DNA of 64,000 nucleotides from an uncultured Chloroflexia bacterium (GTDB taxonomy: Bacteria; Chloroflexota; Anaerolineae; Aggregatilineales; Phototrophicaceae): NCBI GenBank assembly GCA_963841085.1, contig CAWJBF010000009.1, forward strand, positions 298,669-362,668. Direction: 5' to 3'. Shown here piece by piece: positions 30,151 to 39,417 of this stretch. The position numbers were made by a program, and so were the translations under genes. The notes beneath the pieces were generated by a model. That model did no database searches and was not told the origin of the DNA. It was given only the letters and a program-made list of their open reading frames with translations. Every line of letters begins with the position of its first letter. Position 1 is the stretch's first letter.

Positions 30151-31464
30151 TTACAGCGCTTCGATGCGCGCCGCGCCCTGTTTGCCCGCGGTCGCGTTGC
30201 GCGTATCGACGACCAGCTTACTATGATCGAGTACGTGCTGCCAATCAAAGATGCTGTGGTCGGTCACAATGACGACGCAGTCTGCGCCGGCCAGCAGTTC
30301 GGCCGAGTACGGCGTGCTGTTCATAGTCGCGTCGCCTTCCAGCCGCACCGATGCCACGTATGGGTCATGATAGACCACTTCCGCGCCGCGCTGCTCCAGC
30401 AGTTGAATGACATCCAGCGCCGGGCTTTCACGCACATCGTCAATATCGCGTTTGTAGGCTACGCCCAGCACGACGATCTTCGAGCCGTTGACCGATTTGC
30501 GGTCGTGATTGAGCGCCCCGGCCACCTTCTCGGTCACGTACAGCGGCATCGAGGTGTTGATTTCGCTCGCCAGTTCAATGAAGCGCGCGTTGTAGTTAAG
30601 CGTCTTCAGCTTCCAGCTCAGGTACAACGGGTCAATCGGGATGCAGTGCCCACCCAGCCCGGGCCCGGGATAGAACGGCATGAACCCGAACGGCTTGGTG
30701 GAAGCGGCGCTGATCACTTCCCACACATCCACGCCCAGCTTGTCGCACATCAGCGCCATTTCGTTGGCAAGGCCGATGTTGACGGCGCGGAAGGTGTTCT
30801 CCAGCAGCTTGACCAGTTCGGCGGTCGTGGGGTCGGCAACCGGCACCACATGCTCAACCGCCTTGCTGTAAAGCGCGACGCCCACTTCGGTGCTGGCCGG
30901 ATTGACGCCACCCACGACTTTCGGCGTATTGCGCACGCCGTACTTCTTGTTGCCGGGGTCGATACGCTCGGGCGAAAAAGCGATGAACACGTCTTCGCCA
31001 GCGCGATAGCCCTGTGCTTCGAGCTTGGGCACCACCAGTTCGGTGGTCGTGCCCGGATAGGTGGTGCTTTCCAGAATCACCAGCATGCCCGGGTGCGCGA
31101 TTTCGGTCACGGCGTCCACGGCCTGAATCACATACGACATGTCCGGGTCTTTGGTCTTGCGCAGCGGCGTAGGCACAGCAATGCTGACCGCGTCCGCCTC
31201 GTGCAGTTCGCTGTATTGTGTGGTGGCGCGCAGGCGGCCGTCGGTCACCAGCCGCTTGATGGTTTCGGATGAAATATCGGGGATGTAGCTTTCGCCCCGG
31301 TTTAGCGCATCAACTTTGGCGGCGCTGATGTCGAGACCAATGACGCGGAAACCGACTTCGGCAAACTCGACCGCAAGCGGCAGACCAACGTAGCCGAGGC
31401 CGACAATTGCCACCAGCGCATCGCGGCTTTCAATCCGGTCGAGCAGCGTTTGTTTGAGGCTCAT
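30151..31464 (-). CDS. UDP-N-acetylhexosamine 6-dehydrogenase (WbpA/WecC/TviB family)
   Basis: VGLGYVGLPLA, VPTP, LESTTYPGTT, SPERIDPG, GGHCIPIDP, AYK.D.DD.RESP. Confidence 0.95.
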   Translation of the reverse strand: MSLKQTLLDRIESRDALVAIVGLGYVGLPLAVEFAEVGFRVIGLDISAAKVDALNRGESYIPDISSETIKRLVTDGRLRATTQYSELHEADAVSIAVPTPLRKTKDPDMSYVIQAVDAVTEIAHPGMLVILESTTYPGTTTELVVPKLEAQGYRAGEDVFIAFSPERIDPGNKKYGVRNTPKVVGGVNPASTEVGVALYSKAVEHVVPVADPTTAELVKLLENTFRAVNIGLANEMALMCDKLGVDVWEVISAASTKPFGFMPFYPGPGLGGHCIPIDPLYLSWKLKTLNYNARFIELASEINTSMPLYVTEKVAGALNHDRKSVNGSKIVVLGVAYKRDIDDVRESPALDVIQLLEQRGAEVVYHDPYVASVRLEGDATMNSTPYSAELLAGADCVVIVTDHSIFDWQHVLDHSKLVVDTRNATAGKQGAARIEAL

Positions 31465-31613
31465 GCTCAAGCACTCTTTCACTATGACGGATTCGATTAC
31501 GGAGAACGGCGGCTATTATACTAGGCAGTCAAAGGCATACAAGCATGACAAACGGCCGCGCCCGATGGGGGGAGCATCGGGCGCGGCGAATATAGGGGGA
31601 CTGCGAGTTCAGT

Positions 31614-32960
31614 TCAGGCAGCAGCGCCAGACGTTTCGGGAGTGGCTTCCGGCTGGGCTGGCACACTCGGGTGACCGGGGGGCAGTTGCTGCCCGTTCTG
31701 AGAGCCTTGACCCTGCTGACCCCGTCCGCTCTGGGAACCAGAACCATAGCCGCCCTGCCCGTGCGGATTCATCATGCCCGGCGCCATCGGCACCTGGAAC
31801 ATCTGGCCCATGCCAGCCTGCAGCGTCGGCTCACCTAGCGTCACTTCGATCTGCTGTTCGTCGCCAGAGCGAACGACTGTCAGCATCAGCACATCGCCGG
31901 CTTCGTAAGCGATCAGGCGGTCACGCAGCGTGTGTTCAGCATCCACAGGCTCACCATTCACAGCCGTGATGATGTCGTCGGCCTGCAGGCCAGCCGCAGC
32001 AGCGGGCGAGTTGGCCACGACTTCTACGACCAGCGCGCCGTCGCTCAGGCTTGCGCCACTCTCCGCCGCAACGGTCTCATCGAGCGTGACGAAGCTCACG
32101 CCGAGATAACCGTTCTGGTTCTGGCCCTGCTGTCTGAAGAACTGACCAAACGGCATTTCCTGCATGTTGCCGAAGGGCATACCCTGTGGCATCTCACCAA
32201 ACGGCATCATTCCGTCGCGCCGGTTCATCATGCCCTGCCCCATCATGCCGCCCGCCAAAAAGTCAATTGCGGGCACAGTCACTTCAATCGTCTCGCCATC
32301 GCGCACGACTTCAAGCGTCAGATTGGCGTCACTGCCCAGGCCAGCAACGTAGCCCAGCAGCGCCATTGGGTCGTACATGCTGCCATCAATTGCCATGATC
32401 AGGTCGCCCGAGCGCAGGCCATCGGCATACAGCGGCGCATCTTCAGACAACTCGACGACGCCCCATGCCTGGTCATCGGCATTGAAGCGCAACGTCACAT
32501 CGCCGCCAACACGGAAGAAGGGTCGCTCGCTCGCGCCCGCGGTGTCCTCGCCGGTGACTGGCCGTGCCGCCAGTGTGGCGGTCACATCAACGATTTCGCC
32601 GTCGCGCTCCAATGTCAGCGACACTTCATCGCCGGCCATCAACAGGCTAATCGCCTCTGCAACTTGCGCGGCGGTTGTCAATACCTCACCGTTGACTGCC
32701 GTGATGACATCATCGACGGCCACACCTGCCGCTTCGGCCGGCGAGCCAGCCAGCACATCGACAACCAGTGCGCCGTTATCGGCGTCGCTAATTTGCACAC
32801 CCAGGAATCCAGGCGCAGCCTGCTCGGTCACTTCGGTCGGCGCATCGGGCACTGCGGTGGCTTCCTGCGCCGAAACAGCCGCTATCGCCGAAAGCGACAG
32901 CGCGCTGACGAGCGCGCCGGTGATGAATACCCGCTTAAGTGGTGAATTTACGTTGGTCAT
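31614..32960 (-). CDS. Secreted multi-PDZ protein lacking a protease domain
   Basis: Signal peptide ..VSAQE; PDZ motifs GFLGV, SPAEAAGV..DDVITAVNG, GLRSGDLI, GYLGV. Confidence 0.8.
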   Translation of the reverse strand: MTNVNSPLKRVFITGALVSALSLSAIAAVSAQEATAVPDAPTEVTEQAAPGFLGVQISDADNGALVVDVLAGSPAEAAGVAVDDVITAVNGEVLTTAAQVAEAISLLMAGDEVSLTLERDGEIVDVTATLAARPVTGEDTAGASERPFFRVGGDVTLRFNADDQAWGVVELSEDAPLYADGLRSGDLIMAIDGSMYDPMALLGYVAGLGSDANLTLEVVRDGETIEVTVPAIDFLAGGMMGQGMMNRRDGMMPFGEMPQGMPFGNMQEMPFGQFFRQQGQNQNGYLGVSFVTLDETVAAESGASLSDGALVVEVVANSPAAAAGLQADDIITAVNGEPVDAEHTLRDRLIAYEAGDVLMLTVVRSGDEQQIEVTLGEPTLQAGMGQMFQVPMAPGMMNPHGQGGYGSGSQSGRGQQGQGSQNGQQLPPGHPSVPAQPEATPETSGAAA

Positions 32961-33041
32961 GGACTACTCCTTCAAGGATTGCAGTTCGGAAACGGCCAAT
33001 GCCTGAACTGCGCGTTCTGACCTATATCGTGCACGGCAAAC

Positions 33042-33080
33042 GTAAACCGGCCGTACACGAGGTGTAAATTGTCTGTAAAC
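33042..33080 (-). promoter_or_regulatory. Four direct repeats GTA(A/C)A at 11-bp spacing; putative OmpR-family response regulator site
   Basis: GTAAA at 33042, GTACA at 33053, GTAAA at 33064, GTAAA at 33075, upstream of the PDZ gene. Confidence 0.6.
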
Positions 33081-33110
33081 TCGCCCGGCCTTCATCGTCC
33101 AACGCGTCGC

Positions 33111-34136
33111 CTAGTCCTCGTCATCCTTACCACCGCGCAGGCGGCGCGCCAGATAGCCGCCCAAAAAGCCGCCCATGACGGCGTCCACCGGAGAGGTGCG
33201 CTGCTTCTTTTCGTCGTTATCGCCCCAACTATTGATCGTGCGCCGCGCCAGCCAATCATTGTAGGCGTCAAACGCGCCATCCAGCGCTTCGGCCAGCGCG
33301 TGCGCATCATTGGCTGCGATCACCTGCCGGAACTCCTCAAGCACGGCCAACTCTGCATCGATCACGCGCAAAGCCGCATCACGGTCGTTGAGCAGCAGCT
33401 CACGAATGTCATCCGGATGCGCATCCGCCAAAATGTGAGTCAACTTGCCAAAATTCGGGTTGCCGGTCCGCTGCGCATCATCCCACCCCACCGTCGACCG
33501 CGCGGCCATAAAGCCAGTCACGCCCAGCATAACGGGCAGCAGTTCAACCACACCCATCCAGCCGTCATGCTCATACGGATCGACGAAGCGCGGCGGCGCG
33601 CCCAACACGGCCGCGAAGTCGGTCGCCAGTTCGACCGCGTCGGGGTGTGCGCTGGCCGACGGCGACAGCAGCATATTGCCGCCCTCGAACAATTCGGCGG
33701 CGGCATGGCGTGGGTCATCGCGGCCATCAAACAGATAAGCTGCGTTCAATACAGCCGTCACGCCCACCTGATGACTTTCGTCCTTCGCCAACACCTGCGC
33801 CCATGAAATCGAAGGTACGGACAGCGTCGAGAAGTCAAGCACGACCGTGCCGGGCTTGAGTTCACCTGCCATCAGGCTGTAGGCGTCCTTCACGTCAGCA
33901 TACGGCAGCGTCAGCACGACGATGTCCTTCTGGCGCGCTACCGCCGCCAGTGAGCCGGAAATATCGTCGAACGCCTCGCGCGTTTTCGCCGCCTTGACCA
34001 TGTCGGTGCGCACGTCAAAGCCCGCCACAGTGAACTGCTGGCGATTGGCCGCGCCCTGCTGATAGCGTTTGACGGCCAGCGCCACCGACACGCCCACCTG
34101 TCCCAATCCGATGACACCCACACTGATGATGCCCAT
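33111..34136 (-). CDS. Prephenate/arogenate dehydrogenase-like protein (divergent TyrA)
   Basis: VIGLGQVGVSVALA, VLDFST, ELFEG, EHD; lacks the HPMxG motif. Confidence 0.7.
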   Translation of the reverse strand: MGIISVGVIGLGQVGVSVALAVKRYQQGAANRQQFTVAGFDVRTDMVKAAKTREAFDDISGSLAAVARQKDIVVLTLPYADVKDAYSLMAGELKPGTVVLDFSTLSVPSISWAQVLAKDESHQVGVTAVLNAAYLFDGRDDPRHAAAELFEGGNMLLSPSASAHPDAVELATDFAAVLGAPPRFVDPYEHDGWMGVVELLPVMLGVTGFMAARSTVGWDDAQRTGNPNFGKLTHILADAHPDDIRELLLNDRDAALRVIDAELAVLEEFRQVIAANDAHALAEALDGAFDAYNDWLARRTINSWGDNDEKKQRTSPVDAVMGGFLGGYLARRLRGGKDDED

Positions 34137-34225
34137 GCTGCGGCCTCCACTAAAAAATTCAGGTTGACGGGTAATGCAGGGATTTCGCCTCTATCCCTGG
34201 GGGAGAGAGATGAACGCTGAACGCA

Positions 34226-34753
34226 TTAGTTCGCGTCATCGGCCGCTTGCAGGCGAACGAGCAGCGGAACCAGCGGATGACCTTGCCACCGCGCAGGATT
34301 ATCGGCATGGTGGCGCACCAGCCATACCACGTCCTCAGGCGCACCCGCCGAAGCCACCATCTGCGCACCCCACTCTGGATGATGCAGGTAGACGACGAAC
34401 CCACGTGACCACGCGGCTTTGGGGTCGCGCGCGCTCAAACGCATGACCAGTTTCTGCGAGAGCGCGCCAACCAGCACCGGCAACGTGCGCTGCCACAGGC
34501 GCAGCGGATAACGGCTCTTGCCCACATCATGCAGCAGCGCCGCCATCGCAAGAGCGGACGAGTTATCCGCATGCGCGCTGTCCAAGACGGCCAGACTGTG
34601 CAACTGCTCACTGCGGGCCATACACCGAAACAGAGTCAATAGTTCCGGCGATAGCACTGCCGAGGCACGTTCAATCTCGACCGGGCGCGCGAATGCGGCC
34701 AGAGCGCGCACACCCTGCTTCATGCGCAGCGCAGGTGAGGACCGTGCGGTCAT
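34226..34753 (-). CDS. HD-domain phosphohydrolase
   Basis: EQLHS, ALLHDVGK, HPEWGA, VRHH, ADD. Confidence 0.85.
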   Translation of the reverse strand: MTARSSPALRMKQGVRALAAFARPVEIERASAVLSPELLTLFRCMARSEQLHSLAVLDSAHADNSSALAMAALLHDVGKSRYPLRLWQRTLPVLVGALSQKLVMRLSARDPKAAWSRGFVVYLHHPEWGAQMVASAGAPEDVVWLVRHHADNPARWQGHPLVPLLVRLQAADDAN

Positions 34754-35433
34754 ATGCCCAGCAGAAACCCGCCCAACGCGCTGGTTGGCTGCGTAATCAG
34801 CAGGCTCAACGGGCTGGGAAGGCCGGGCAGCCGGAGGATGCTGAGCAGGATCAGGCCAAAGAACAGATAGTACGTCACCTGCTGATAACGCTGCCAGGTG
34901 TAGGCCAGGTTGGGCGGCAGCAGCGCCAGCACAATCTGCCAGCCATCCAGCGGATACAATGGAATCAGGTTGAAGAAGAACAGCACCAGATTGAGATACA
35001 CGCCTTGCACTAGAATGAGCACAATTATGCTGACGGCGAGGTTATCCGAAAATAGAAACCCCGTCGAAGACAGCAGACGAAACACCAGCCCAAACAGCAC
35101 CGCCAGGATCAGGTTCGATACCGGCCCGGCAGCCACAGCCGCCAGCCAGCGCCAGCGCCGGTTCTGTACCGGCATGCGGTACGGCGAAATCGGCGCCGAG
35201 CCCAGAATGCCGAAGCCGATGAGCGCGAACATCAACCAGCCGATCCAGTTGATGTGCACGAACGGATTGAGGGTCAGGCGGCCCTGAATCTGCGGCTCAG
35301 GGTCGCCCATGCGCCACGCGACGTAATTGTGAGACCACTCATGGATAGTCATGCCGATCAGCAAGACCAGCATGTTGGCGACGAGCAGTTCGATTGATAG
35401 ATTGCCGCCTAGAAGCAACTTGTTGCTCCTCAA
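34750..35433 (-). CDS. Site-2 protease (peptidase M50)
   Basis: HEWSH, GDP, RLTLNP, AGPVSN, FNLIPLYPLDG. Confidence 0.93.
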   Translation of the reverse strand: MRSNKLLLGGNLSIELLVANMLVLLIGMTIHEWSHNYVAWRMGDPEPQIQGRLTLNPFVHINWIGWLMFALIGFGILGSAPISPYRMPVQNRRWRWLAAVAAGPVSNLILAVLFGLVFRLLSSTGFLFSDNLAVSIIVLILVQGVYLNLVLFFFNLIPLYPLDGWQIVLALLPPNLAYTWQRYQQVTYYLFFGLILLSILRLPGLPSPLSLLITQPTSALGGFLLGI

Positions 35434-35527
35434 ATGCGTATCGGATTCACAGGTTCGGCATTATAACATAGGGGAGTAGTTGACCATTTCGAAAATGCAT
35501 GAAAGACTAAGCTTTGGCGAGGCCTTC

Positions 35528-35743
35528 GTGACGGATTGGTTCGCCCCCAAACCCGGCGATCGGGTGCAAATGCGCAAGCCGCATCCGTGCGGCAGCAGCG
35601 AATGGGTCGTGTACCGCATCGGTGCCGACATTGGCCTGCGCTGCTCGGGCTGTGGACGGCGCATGCTCATGCCACGCAGCGCGTTCAATAAAGGCGTGAA
35701 GCGTATACTGCCGGCCGGTGTAGATGAGGAAACAACACCGTGA
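35528..35743 (+). CDS. DUF951 family protein
   Basis: [26 protein letters not shown]. Confidence 0.9.
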   Translation: MTDWFAPKPGDRVQMRKPHPCGSSEWVVYRIGADIGLRCSGCGRRMLMPRSAFNKGVKRILPAGVDEETTP

Positions 35744-36942
35744 AACGAATAGTCTTCATTATGTCCGACACAGGCGGCGGTCACCGGGCATCAGCCGAGG
35801 CCATCCGCGACGCTATCCTCGAAAAACACGAAGCTCAGTTTGAACTGGTCGATCTCTTTAAGCAGTATTCTCCCTATCCCTTTAGCCAAATGCCCGAGTG
35901 GTATCCGCAGATGGTGTCGAAAGGGCGCGCGTCCTACGGTATGACCTACCGTCTGTCCAACACGCACAATCGCGCACGTGCCTATTCGCGGCTGATGTAT
36001 CTGACGATGGACAACCGCCTGCGCCAGATGCTGCGCGAACACCCGGCCGATGTATATGTGTCGGTGCACTCGGTACTCACCCGCATTACGGGCCACGCAC
36101 TGAGCGCGCAGGCCACGCGCGCGCCGTTCGTGGTGGTCGTCACCGACCTGGTGTCTACGCACATGCTCTGGTACGACCGGCGGGCCGACCGCACACTGGT
36201 TCCAACCGCACCAGCTTACGAGCGTGGGCTGCGGGCCGGGTTGGCCCCCGATCAGATGCGCGATACCGGCCTACCCGTCAATCCTCGTTTCATGCGCAAC
36301 CTGCCCGAAAAACATGCCGCGCGCGAGAGCCTCGGTTGGGACCAGACTATGCCCGCCATCCTGATTGTGGGCGGTGGCGAAGGCATGGGGCCGCTTTATG
36401 ACACAGCCCGTGCCGTTGACGAGCGCCGGCTTGGCTGCCAGATCGTCGTGATTGCCGGCAAGAATCAGGAGTTGAAAGCACAGTTAGAAGCGAGCGAGTG
36501 GCACTCGCCAACCCACATCTATGGCTTCGTCAACGACATGCCGCGCCTGATGGCCGGCGCGGATATCCTCGTCACCAAAGCCGGTCCGTCCACCATCTGC
36601 GAATTGGCCATCGCGGGCCTGCCGATGATCATCTATGACTTCATTCCCGGCACCGAAGACGGCAACGTAACCTATGTGGTCGACAACGAAGCCGGCATTT
36701 ACGCGCAAACTGCGCCCGAAGTCGCGGCGGCGGCGGCCTCGTGGCTGGCAAATGGCGGCGGACTGCTGCGCTGGTATGCGGCGGGAGCAGCGGCTATTGC
36801 CCGGCCGCATGCCGTCTACGATATTGCTGATGAGGTGTGGGCGCAGGCCAACGAGCCACGCATTCTCAACCCGAAACCGAGCCTGCTGCACCCGGCTACG
36901 CTGCGTGACCGGCTGCGCTCACGCGATTTTGACTGGCCGTGA
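35740..36942 (+). CDS. MGDG synthase/UgtP-like diacylglycerol glycosyltransferase (GT28)
   Basis: [36 protein letters not shown]. Confidence 0.92.
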   Translation: MKRIVFIMSDTGGGHRASAEAIRDAILEKHEAQFELVDLFKQYSPYPFSQMPEWYPQMVSKGRASYGMTYRLSNTHNRARAYSRLMYLTMDNRLRQMLREHPADVYVSVHSVLTRITGHALSAQATRAPFVVVVTDLVSTHMLWYDRRADRTLVPTAPAYERGLRAGLAPDQMRDTGLPVNPRFMRNLPEKHAARESLGWDQTMPAILIVGGGEGMGPLYDTARAVDERRLGCQIVVIAGKNQELKAQLEASEWHSPTHIYGFVNDMPRLMAGADILVTKAGPSTICELAIAGLPMIIYDFIPGTEDGNVTYVVDNEAGIYAQTAPEVAAAAASWLANGGGLLRWYAAGAAAIARPHAVYDIADEVWAQANEPRILNPKPSLLHPATLRDRLRSRDFDWP

Positions 36943-36955
36943 CCAGCGCGTTGCA

Positions 36956-37060
36956 CGCCTGAGGCTGAAGCCGTCAGGCTAGAACCGCGCCCCGTGAACG
37001 GGGCTTTTTAAGCCGACTTTAGCGGGTGAAGCCTTAGCTGCATAGCTTCTACCTGCGGCG
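36956..37060. repeat. REP/REPIN-like palindrome, homolog of 7948-8052
   Basis: cgcctgaggctgaagccgtcaggcta..gccccgtgaacggggc aligns to the reverse complement of 7948-8052. Confidence 0.75.
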
Positions 37061-37181
37061 AAAAAGGCACATCAGCCACCGGTTTGTTGGAAGGCCAATC
37101 ACCCGAGTTCGGGTACACTGTTCCAGTCTCACCTTTCAACCTTCAACTTTGAACTTTCTGCCCGGTGTACTGGAGCCTTTC

Positions 37182-38594
37182 ATGATCTCAAGCGCACTGT
37201 TCAAGAAATACGACATTCGCGGGCGGGCGCTGGGCGACGACGCCCCGCTGACGCGCGAAACTGGCTATTTGATCGGTCGGGCGTTTGCGACGTGGCTGGC
37301 GCGCGAATATGACATCCATGAGGTCGTGTTGGGCCGCGACAACCGGCTCTCATCCTCGGCGCTATCCACGGCCTTCAGCAGGGGCCTGCGCGACTCCGGC
37401 TGCGTGGTGATCGACATCGATATTGTCTCGACACCGCTGGTCTACTGGCACGCCGTGCAGAACGACAATTGTGGCGGCGCGATGGTGACCGGCAGCCATC
37501 TCGGCCCCGATCAGAACGGCCTCAAGCTGTGCATCGGCGCGGTCAATGTGTATGGAGACCAGCTTCAGGAACTGCGGGCGTTGGCCGTGGCTGAAAACTT
37601 CGAGACTGTGCACAGCAAGGCCGCCGAGCGCCGCGATCCAACCGCCATTCGCACTTACAGCATGCTCACGGCCATGCGCGTGAAGATGCCACATTCGTTG
37701 AAAGTGGTCGTTGATGCAGGCAACGGCACGGCTGGCCTGATTGCGCCCGCTTTATTGCGAAGCTGGGGATTGGAGGTCGTGCCGCTGTTTTGCGAGCCGG
37801 ATGGCAACTATCCCAATCATCAGCCCGATCCGCAGTCACCGGAAAACATGATCACACTGGGCGAGCGAGTGCGCGAAACCGGCGCCGATCTTGGGCTTGG
37901 GTTCGATGGCGACGGCGACCGGCTGGGTGCAGTCGATGAGCACGGCGTGTATGTTTCGCCCGACCGCCTGCTGGCGCTGCTGGCGGTCGATATGCTCAGC
38001 CGGCGGCCCGGCGCAGCCGTGGTGGCCGATGTGCTCACCAGCCAGACGGTGTTCGACGCCGTGAAGCAGGCTGGCGGCCACCCGGTGATGTGGGCCAGTG
38101 GCCACGCGCTAGTGAAGGAGAAGATGCGCGCCGAACATGCGCTGCTCGGCGGCGAGGCCAGCGGGCACATGTTTCTGGCTGAAGACTACTATGGCTTTGA
38201 TGACCCGTACCTGGCGGCCGGGCGACTGCTGCGCTTGCTGGCGGCTTCTGATCAATCGCTGTCGGCGTTAGTGGCGGCGCTGCCCGCCTACTACAGCACG
38301 CCCGAATATCGACCACACTGCCCGGATGGGGCCAAGGCGCGGGTCATCGCCGGGGCGCGCTCCGTGCTGGAAGGTGACCCCGAGGTGCAAAGCGTAATTG
38401 ATGTGGACGGCGTGCGCATCCAGTATGCCGATGGCTGGGGATTGCTGCGCGCCAGTAACACCGAGCCGGTACTCAGCCTGCGCTTCGAGGCCAGCACGGA
38501 AGCCCAAGCGCTGACGCTGCGCGACCGTTTCCTGGCGGTGCTGGCGCAATACCCGGAAGTGGAAACCGTGACTGTCGATGGAATGGAGAACTGA
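37182..38594 (+). CDS. Phosphomannomutase/phosphoglucomutase
   Basis: FKKYDIRG, TGSH, FDGDGDR, GGEASGH, LLRASNTEP. Confidence 0.95.
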   Translation: MISSALFKKYDIRGRALGDDAPLTRETGYLIGRAFATWLAREYDIHEVVLGRDNRLSSSALSTAFSRGLRDSGCVVIDIDIVSTPLVYWHAVQNDNCGGAMVTGSHLGPDQNGLKLCIGAVNVYGDQLQELRALAVAENFETVHSKAAERRDPTAIRTYSMLTAMRVKMPHSLKVVVDAGNGTAGLIAPALLRSWGLEVVPLFCEPDGNYPNHQPDPQSPENMITLGERVRETGADLGLGFDGDGDRLGAVDEHGVYVSPDRLLALLAVDMLSRRPGAAVVADVLTSQTVFDAVKQAGGHPVMWASGHALVKEKMRAEHALLGGEASGHMFLAEDYYGFDDPYLAAGRLLRLLAASDQSLSALVAALPAYYSTPEYRPHCPDGAKARVIAGARSVLEGDPEVQSVIDVDGVRIQYADGWGLLRASNTEPVLSLRFEASTEAQALTLRDRFLAVLAQYPEVETVTVDGMEN

Positions 38595-38596
38595 TT

Positions 38597-39325
38597 GTGA
38601 CGTTGCCGCTTGAAGCGCCGCTTGCCCTGCCCTGCAAAATCCTGATCGTCGTGGCGCACCCCGACGACATCGAGTTTGGGGCTGGTGGCAGCGCGGCCGT
38701 ATGGGCCGCGCAAGGCGCAGAGGTGATTTACTGCATTGTGACCGACGGAGCTGGCGGCAGCAATTCCGCCGACATGACGCCCGACCGGCTGGTGGACATC
38801 CGGCGCGAAGAACAGATTGCGGCGGCGGCGCTCGTGGGTGTAACCGAGGTACATTTCCTCGGTTACCGCGACGGCGAACTGGTGGCGACAGTCGAACTGC
38901 GCCGCCAACTCACGCGCCTCATTCGCCAGCTTCGCCCGAATCGCGTCGTGATCATGGACCCAACCATCGTCATGATTTCGGAAGAAGGCTTCGACTACAT
39001 CAACCATCCCGATCACCGCGCGGCGGGCGAGGCGGCGCTATATGCGGTATTCCCCAGCGCCGGTTCGCGGCTGGTGATGCCCGAATTACTCACTGAAGGC
39101 TTCGAACCGCACAACGTGACCGAGTTGTATCTGGTGATGAGCGACAAGCCGAACATCGCCGTCGATATCACACCTGTCTGGGACAAGAAGGTGGCGGCGC
39201 TGCTCGAACACCGGTCACAGGTGGACGAGAGCGTGGCCGACGAGCTTCGCGCCTGGGCAACCGAATCCGGCAAGGCAGCCGACGTAGAACTGGCCGAGTT
39301 GTTCCGCGTGATGAAACTACAGTAA
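38597..39325 (+). CDS. PIG-L/LmbE-family deacetylase
   Basis: AHPDD.E, RREEQ, NHPDH. Confidence 0.92.
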   Translation: MTLPLEAPLALPCKILIVVAHPDDIEFGAGGSAAVWAAQGAEVIYCIVTDGAGGSNSADMTPDRLVDIRREEQIAAAALVGVTEVHFLGYRDGELVATVELRRQLTRLIRQLRPNRVVIMDPTIVMISEEGFDYINHPDHRAAGEAALYAVFPSAGSRLVMPELLTEGFEPHNVTELYLVMSDKPNIAVDITPVWDKKVAALLEHRSQVDESVADELRAWATESGKAADVELAELFRVMKLQ

Positions 39326-39342
39326 GCGACCAAGCGAAAATC

Positions 39343-39415
39343 AAACTGCAACGCAAAGGGCGCTAAGGGAATTCCCCTTCGTGCCCTTTGCGTCCTACGT
39401 GTTCTTTGCGTTGAT
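39343..39415. repeat. Imperfect palindrome (AACGCAAAG family) between convergent genes
   Basis: aacgcaaagggcgc...gtgccctttgcgt...ctttgcgtt. Confidence 0.55.
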
Positions 39416-39417
39416 TC

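Noticed and set aside
29950-31272. Long antisense ORFs (for example 29950-31272, 48790-50073, 60653-62212, 6456-7376)
   Set aside because: Shadow ORFs opposite well-recognised genes, as expected in high-GC DNA; they contain no motifs.
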